Assembly (NCBI GenBank): GCA_050015075.1
Contig: JBEKCB010000033.1
Location: 1-62,564 of the forward strand
DNA length: 62,564 bases
Direction: 5' to 3'
Origin: Candidatus Brocadiia bacterium
Lineage (GTDB): Bacteria; Planctomycetota; Brocadiia; CAIUPP01
Below the pieces are notes generated by a model. It did no database searches, was not told the DNA's origin, and worked only from the letters and a program-made list of their open reading frames with translations. Shown piece by piece: positions 56,686-62,564 of the stretch. The stretch's first letter is position 1; the number at the start of each line of letters is the position of its first letter. Position numbers and translations under genes: made by a program.

Positions 56686-58269
56686 TCATCCTCGGGCCGG
56701 GCGAACGGAACTGGCCCGGAAGACCCAATCCTGGTCGTCAGGCGCCTCCAGTCGCACCGATCTTCCGCGCACTGGAGGCAGTTGCACCGTCTCTCCCGTC
56801 CGCGGATTGAATCGGCTGAGGACGAACCGGCCGCGAGGGAGTTCGAGATCGCCGCCTCGCGCGCCGGCCAGGTAGATGACGCAGATGCTCTTGCCGTCGG
56901 AGAGGCAGTACGCGTACCCGCCATCGGCGCGGACCCGCTCGTCGCTGGGCTCCAGCTTCCACCAGGGCAGCGAGGTGAAGAACCGGTGCAGCCGGTCCAG
57001 GTCGGCCAGGGCGTCCGCGTATCGCGGGTTGTCCACGAGGAAAGGACCGGGTTCCCGCCGTCCGCCGAAATAGGTGCTCCCGAAGCCGGTGACGAAGTAG
57101 GCGCCGGCCATCGGGATGACCCAGGATGCGCGGCGAAAGGACGTGCGGGTGTGGGAGTGTTCCTTGTCCACGATGCCATCCCCGTCGGCGTCGCGGAGAT
57201 AGTAGGCGTACTCGGCCGCGACCACCGGCTTGCCATGGCGGCGCGCGTCCTTGAGGAACTTCCGCAGCTCGTTGCGGTGGGCGTCATGGGCCTCTTGCCT
57301 GCTGAACGCGAAGTACGCCTGGGAGTACTCGCCGAAGCTCATCCAGTCGTCGTCCGCGAACTCCTGCGATGAGATGCCGACAGGGCCGGGGCCGGGATGT
57401 ATCCCGATCATCCGGCCGTGCGGGTCCGTTCGGCGGATCTCGCGGCCAATGGAGCGGAAGAACTCCTCCTCGCCGAGCATGTACTGCCATTCGCCCGTGA
57501 CATGGAAGACGATATGGAAGGCCGCATACCGGGCCACGACGTATCGGGCGAACCGCAGGCGGGCCTGGTGGGTCGGCAGCGATCTCCAGTAGGGATTGCC
57601 CATGGCATAGAGAACCACCAGCCCGAAGACCATGCCCTTGTCGTTGATGTGGCGGAGACGAGCATCCGCCTCCTGAAGGAAGGCGGGATTGATGACCTCG
57701 TTTGCGGCATCCAGGAACAGCTCGCCGCCCTCGTTGCCCCCGCCCTCGACGCCGCCCGTGCCGGCCAGTTCGGTGTGCATGTAATTGAAGCCCTGTGCCG
57801 CGCGGACGTCCACGTGGTGCATGGCCGTCTCGTGGTTCAGCTTCTTGGCCGGCTCGGCCTGGAGCACGCGCCAGGCCTTCTCGCCGAAGAACCACATCGG
57901 CGTGCCGTCCTGATACTGGAAGTGCAGAGGATGCCCCTTCATGGGCTGGATGCTTCCGCGCAGACCGGACGCGACGCACCGGAATGAGCCGCCGCGCCCG
58001 TTCAGGCCGGCGTCGTCGGAGCGGATGGAGTAAGACCAGTCTCCCTCCAGATCGGGGCTGACGCGGAGTTTCCAGGCCTTCCCGCCGTCCCAGAAGAGAG
58101 GGATGGTCCATTCTCTCTTGTCGGGCCGGCGGAGAGTGGCCGTCGCTGCGGCCTGCGCGTAGGGATTCGCGTACGCGCCGGAGTGCTCGAAGCGCTCCTC
58201 GAACATGCCGAATCGGGGAACGTCATTGCCCGTGGGCTGCGAAGCGGAACGCCTTCGGGTCTTCGCCAT
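56686..58269 (-). CDS. DUF5060/DUF4038 (apiosidase-like) putative glycoside hydrolase with C-terminal beta domain
   Basis: YANPY, FWDGGKAWKLRVSP..GDWSY, HFQYQDGTP, QGFN, RYVVARYAA, GEW, KPVVAAEYAY, FNPRTG, DWV. Confidence 0.8.
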   Translation of the reverse strand: MAKTRRRSASQPTGNDVPRFGMFEERFEHSGAYANPYAQAAATATLRRPDKREWTIPLFWDGGKAWKLRVSPDLEGDWSYSIRSDDAGLNGRGGSFRCVASGLRGSIQPMKGHPLHFQYQDGTPMWFFGEKAWRVLQAEPAKKLNHETAMHHVDVRAAQGFNYMHTELAGTGGVEGGGNEGGELFLDAANEVINPAFLQEADARLRHINDKGMVFGLVVLYAMGNPYWRSLPTHQARLRFARYVVARYAAFHIVFHVTGEWQYMLGEEEFFRSIGREIRRTDPHGRMIGIHPGPGPVGISSQEFADDDWMSFGEYSQAYFAFSRQEAHDAHRNELRKFLKDARRHGKPVVAAEYAYYLRDADGDGIVDKEHSHTRTSFRRASWVIPMAGAYFVTGFGSTYFGGRREPGPFLVDNPRYADALADLDRLHRFFTSLPWWKLEPSDERVRADGGYAYCLSDGKSICVIYLAGARGGDLELPRGRFVLSRFNPRTGETVQLPPVRGRSVRLEAPDDQDWVFRASSVRPARG

Positions 58270-58309
58270 GATCGAGTTCCTCATGTATGCGCGCGGTTGC
58301 GCCTGCCGG

Positions 58310-58371
58310 TCCGCAGTTACGTATGCTGCCCGGGGACTCTGCGGCACGACTACTCTGGCGATTCTTCCCAT
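58310..58371 (-). pseudogene. 5' remnant of a REP-associated (Y1/HUH) tyrosine transposase
   Basis: MGRIARVVVP matches the typical RAYT start M.RIARVVVPG.PHH; preceded by TTGACT-N17-TACGGT and REP-like copies. Confidence 0.55.
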
Positions 58372-58420
58372 GCGTGGACCGTACCGTGACTCCTCGCCGG
58401 AGTCAAGAAAGAACCGGCAT

Positions 58421-58487
58421 TATGTCCCCGGCGTACCCGCCAATGCTGCCGCCCGTATCAATAATTATGTATGGTGTCCCGGGAACC
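58421..58487. repeat. REP-like half elements upstream of the RAYT remnant
   Basis: TATGTCCCCGG and AATTATGTATGGTGTCCCGGGAACC (reverse complement of GGTTCCCGGGACACCATACATAATT). Confidence 0.65.
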
Positions 58488-59519
58488 TGGAACCTCAAAG
58501 TTGAGGTATGGACAGTAACGCGTTACTGTCTGTGCTGCTGCACCCGAAGTCTGTGTGCTCAGTCCAATGCTCATCCGGTGCTGATCCTCCCTTTTAGAGC
58601 CGCCCCTCGGCCTTGCGCGCAGCTATCGCAAACTCGCCCAGATCGGCGCGTCATGGCAGGTACCTGGTCTTCCAGATGGCGGAGGTCGCCATTCCGCGCC
58701 GCCTTTTCGCAACGATCCTTCGCCGAATAGGTCGGTTATGCCCAGTGCCAGTCTAACGCCGTGTCAGAGGTGCGCAGAAGCGGTTAACCACGATGAGCCG
58801 GGAGAGGTATGCTTTCCTGCTGCCAAAAAGCAATTCGACAGTCTCGTTTGGCCGGGATTCGGGCTTGCCCAACGCCGCGGGGGAATCACCAGGACCGATA
58901 AACTGTCGGCAACGGCCTTGACAACGGCCCCGTCGGGCGTACAATCTCGCGTGCGGGAGCCGGCCGTCCCCGGAGGGACGGCCAAATGGCAAATCCCGAA
59001 TGATGAGCGCGGTGGAGTGAAGGTGCCAAGCCACGACCCGGCGCGCAACGCCAGACTAATTGCGCTGTACCGAAGGCAGCATTTCAAGACATGGAAGTAC
59101 AATGAAGTGCAGATGGAGTGGAATGTGTAGGGACTTACCACTGAATATTCTGATACGCCAAGCAATGACCCAGTAACCGGAGCAAAGGGAAGAAGTGGTT
59201 GTGCCACCCGTGACCCGGCACGAAGCCGAACGCATCGCAGAGGACTACCTGAAGAGCCACTCACGCCCGAACCGCGACGGCATCCAGACGGTTACCACCA
59301 TCCCCGAACTCGAGGAGTTCATGATCCGAAGGCCCCGCATCTGCGGCATCCCGACCGAGACGCTCCGGCGGTGCTGGATCGCCTGCGCTGGGCGCCCGGT
59401 GAATACTGTATGATCGCCAGTAACGGAGATCGCTGCGACGACATCAGCCTAATCATCCTGCGGGTCGAATAGGAACTTTCGGGACGAGAAGCGGGAACCA
59501 AACAGGGATACAAGACACC

Positions 59520-60938
59520 ATGAGAGTCCTGTTCATTGACCCGCCGTTCTATCGCTTCATGAATTTCAATCGTTACTACTACCCGATGGGGCTGACCTCC
59601 ATGGCCGCTGTGCTGATTGAGAAGGGCCACAAGGTGGAGGTATACGATGCTGAATGCCTCGAGCAAGGGGAAACGCTGCCCTGGTCCGCAGTGGCCTGCC
59701 GCCACAGCGACTACCTGCGCGGGCTTGCGGACGAAGGCCACCCTGTATGGCGGGAGGTGGAGGCTACGGTCCGGGACCGGAAAGCGGACCTGATCGGCAT
59801 CACGGCGCTGTCGGTGAAAGCAGAGAGCGCCCGCCGCGTGGCCGCGATCTGCAAGCGGGTTGAGCCGGACATGCCGGTTGTGGTCGGCGGCGACCACCCG
59901 ACCGTGTTCCCCGAGCAGTTCCTGCGCGATCCGAGCATTGACTTCGCGGTGCGCGGCGAAGGCGAAGCGACGATCGCCGAACTGGTGGCACATCTGGAAA
60001 GGGATCGCAACGCTGCTCCGAGCGCCATCGCCGGGGTCTCGTCCCGCACCGAGGGCGGTATCCGACATAGCGCGGATCGCGAGCCGATCGCCGATCTGGA
60101 TCGCCTGCCGTTTCCGGCCATCGAGGCCCTGACGGACATGACCTCCTATCGCCCGGTGGACTTCGGGGCTATCATGAGCTCCCGAGGGTGTCCATACGGA
60201 TGCGCGTTCTGCGGAGTCGCAACGGTTTGGGGACGCAAGGTGCGGTACCGATCGGCCGCAAATGTGATCGCGGAGATCGAGCGCCTGAAAGAACGGTACG
60301 GCACGACCTACTTCTCCTTCCGAGATGCCTCCTTTACCCTGAACCGCCAGCGCGTGCTGGACCTGTGCTCCGGGCTCGTGTCGCGCGACGCGCAAATTCA
60401 GTGGGAATGCCTCACGCGCGCGGACCTCCTCGATGACGAACTGGCCGAGAAGATGGCCGATGCGGGATGTGTAACCGTGCGGCTGGGGGTGGAGTCCGGC
60501 AGTCCGCAGATCCTCAAGCACATGAACAAGCATGTATCGCTGGACGCCGTTCGACGAGCCGCACAGGTTCTCGACCGGCTGGGCATGTACTGGGCTGCCT
60601 ATATTCTGATCGGGACTCCTCACGAGACGCCGGAGACGGTGCGCCAGACTATTGACTTTGTGAAGGAGATCAACCCGCCGTTCGTCACTCTGGCCCGGTT
60701 TGCGCCCATTCCCGGGAGCCGCATGTACAATGAGCTGGCGGAGCGCGGAATGATCGGTCCGGAGATTGATTGGAGCATGGAGTGCAACCAGAGGCTTTGT
60801 TCGCACTACGTCTACGCCATGGAGGAAGCCGAGTTCGAGCGCACGATGGCGGAGGTGGCCGCCTTCGTCGAGGTGCATAACCGCGCCAACAGCACTCGGT
60901 TGCACCGCGGGGACCTGAGACTGGAGAATACGCGATGA
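59520..60938 (+). CDS. B12-binding-domain radical SAM protein
   Basis: MRVLFIDPP, PMGL, VVVGGDHPT, SRGCPYGCAFC, GVESGS, IGTPHET, PIPGS. Confidence 0.93.
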   Translation: MRVLFIDPPFYRFMNFNRYYYPMGLTSMAAVLIEKGHKVEVYDAECLEQGETLPWSAVACRHSDYLRGLADEGHPVWREVEATVRDRKADLIGITALSVKAESARRVAAICKRVEPDMPVVVGGDHPTVFPEQFLRDPSIDFAVRGEGEATIAELVAHLERDRNAAPSAIAGVSSRTEGGIRHSADREPIADLDRLPFPAIEALTDMTSYRPVDFGAIMSSRGCPYGCAFCGVATVWGRKVRYRSAANVIAEIERLKERYGTTYFSFRDASFTLNRQRVLDLCSGLVSRDAQIQWECLTRADLLDDELAEKMADAGCVTVRLGVESGSPQILKHMNKHVSLDAVRRAAQVLDRLGMYWAAYILIGTPHETPETVRQTIDFVKEINPPFVTLARFAPIPGSRMYNELAERGMIGPEIDWSMECNQRLCSHYVYAMEEAEFERTMAEVAAFVEVHNRANSTRLHRGDLRLENTR

Positions 60939-61352
60939 AGTCATACTTGGCATTCACAACAACTCCAAGGTTGCCGCCTTTCAGGAATGCCGTGATTGCT
61001 TTTCGGCAATGTTCATTGTGGACTCTGCTTCCAACATTACCGCCTTGGCGAAGAGCCTCCAGAGCGAGCCAGCCTTCCTGAACATCACCTACGCACCCGG
61101 CGGCGACGTTCGTTCGGTGACGGTGTTCCACGATGGAACTTCCTTGCGTAAAAGGGACACTAATTCCCTCGTAATTACACCTCTTCTCACATTGCCTTCC
61201 CTTGGCGAGTTACGGATCAAGGGGGTCGTAGGTCAGGAATCGCGGTCGTGGTGTTGCTGAATCTCGTGCGGGAGGCGTGGTATAATCCGCGCGGCTTGAG
61301 GGCGGCAACGGAGCGGGCGCGCCATTGCCTGTTGCGGCTGGGCAAAGTTCGC

Positions 61353-61575
61353 TTACAGGAGGTGCCTCGATCATGTGTTTGGATTCTTGCGCCGGTCGGG
61401 GAAGACGTCTGTGGCGGACAGACCCTCAATCGAAACATTTGGCGAGAATGTTGGCGTCTTAACACGAGAGGTATTTGGGCTTGAGGTCACGAAGTCTGGT
61501 TTTCACAAAATGCTAAAGAAAACGGTCGCGCACAGATCCAACAGCTACCAAGACATATTGGATCATTTTGGCGGC
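61353..61575 (+). pseudogene. Frameshifted C-terminal fragment of an AAA/ABC ATPase (Septu PtuA/AbiEii-like)
   Basis: LQEVPRSCVWIL, then after a frameshift RPSIETFGENVGVLTREVFGLEVTKSGFH..SYQDILDHFGG. Confidence 0.6.
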
Positions 61576-62005
61576 AGACACGCCTGTCGGCGCGATAGCG
61601 ACTGGGCGGCACGAGAACGCCGCTGTAGGGCCGGTTGACTTCCACGGAACAGCCGCTCCGTTGCAGCGTGGCGTACACGAGGTTGCCCAGCGCCTTCGGG
61701 GTATAGTGGTCATCGGTGCCGATGCAGAAGGCGGGGCGGTCAGGCGTTTGATCCTGGTCCCAGGGCAGCGGCTTGGACGGAAAGCTGTGGCAGTCGACCA
61801 GGAGCGCTTTGCCTCGCTCCCGGAGTCCTCTCGCCACGACCTCCTCAAGCCGCGCATGGTGTGGACGATAGAACGCCTCGATCAGCCGTTGCCGTTCTTC
61901 GTTGGTGATCGAGCCTCGGAGCGTTGTGCCGCAAGACGTTCGCGCATACACCGCGCCCATGCCCTTCTGCGCCATAGGCTCATCAGCGTCATTAATCGGG
62001 AATTC
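61576..62005 (-). pseudogene. Internal fragment of N-formylglutamate amidohydrolase
   Basis: EPMAQKGMGAVY, FYRPHHARL, LVDCHSFP, RPAFCIGTD, NRPYSG; both ends missing. Confidence 0.75.
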
Positions 62006-62564
62006 CCATCTTCCCTGTTCAACCCGATGTGTTCCGTGCGGCGCGACGTGATTTATTTGATAACCGCCTGACTACGGCCTGAGTTCCAAGACGTCCGGCG
62101 GCGCCGGCGCAGGCCAATGGCGCCAAGCGAAGGCTCGAGGCGAATCCTCGCCATGAAAGGCGCATGCCCCACTTGCGCCGCACCAGGTTGGCGAACGAGA
62201 AAAGAGCATCACTCGAGTACTTCATTGCACGGCGGGCTCCGACCTCTTGCTGTGCGAACTCCTGGACTAGTTCGGCGATAACGTTCCAATTCTGCGCAAA
62301 TCTGCTGAACCCGGTGGGCAGCGCAAACAATTCACCGGCCAATTGGTTGCCCAAATCATCCGGTGGCAATGGGCGTGTCCCGCGACCCGCACACTGCAAC
62401 AACGATCGCGCAGCATGCCTGTCACCATATACTACAGACCTTTCGAACATCTTTAGAGCCCACATGCGACATAAATCGTCGAGATGTTCTTCTCTGCATC
62501 CATCCTTGTATGCCGACGACGGGCTCGTGCATCGCGGGTCGGGGCGATGCGTCCTGTGCAGAAT

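Noticed and set aside
58270-58371. Apparent N-terminal extension of the DUF4038 protein
   Set aside because: Better explained as an in-frame transposase stub; the real start is likely 58269 (GAGG RBS)
52484-58490. Integron cassette array
   Set aside because: No integrase and no attC core sites (RYYYAAC...GTTRRRY) recognised
58500-59500. Short ORFs (58738-59130, 59195-59413 and others)
   Set aside because: No recognisable motifs; probably fragments and cannot be supported
62019-62564. 148-aa - strand ORF at the window end
   Set aside because: No recognisable family; may be a fragment of a gene extending beyond the window

Overview
GC-rich bacterial window, probably from an anaerobe (PEP-CTERM protein, System II cytochrome c maturation, siroheme-dependent Ahb heme pathway, sigma-54 promoter); the taxon cannot be fixed from sequence alone. 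About 2.6-36.5 kb is a respiratory super-cluster. Two divergent operons encode four multiheme cytochromes c (about 35 heme-binding motifs), ResB/CcsA and a HybA/HybB(NrfD)-like quinol-interacting module. They are followed by DUF169, an HTH/Cys-Trp regulator, a tandem double flavoprotein, an O-methyltransferase, hemC-cobA/hemD-ahbC-ahbD(AB)-hemL, and a convergent 11-subunit complex I lacking nuoEFG. The standout is a 1010-aa protein (7313-10345) that fuses an 11-heme periplasmic cytochrome c and a cytochrome b membrane domain to a cytoplasmic, Cys-rich, motif-altered AhbA-AhbB (Lrp-fold siroheme decarboxylase) pair. A conventional AhbAB copy is fused to AhbD downstream, so the cytochrome-fused copy may be a transmembrane redox/heme sensor or a membrane-tethered heme-pathway enzyme. 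The rest holds a sugar-related cluster (DegT, double amidohydrolase, AraC, GH38), an ABC exporter, dut, ftsK, a parS site, several REP-like repeat families and a lower-GC accessory/pseudogene zone (about 52.5-62.5 kb). No rRNA, tRNA or CRISPR array was recognised. All protein calls are by visual motif recognition, not database search.
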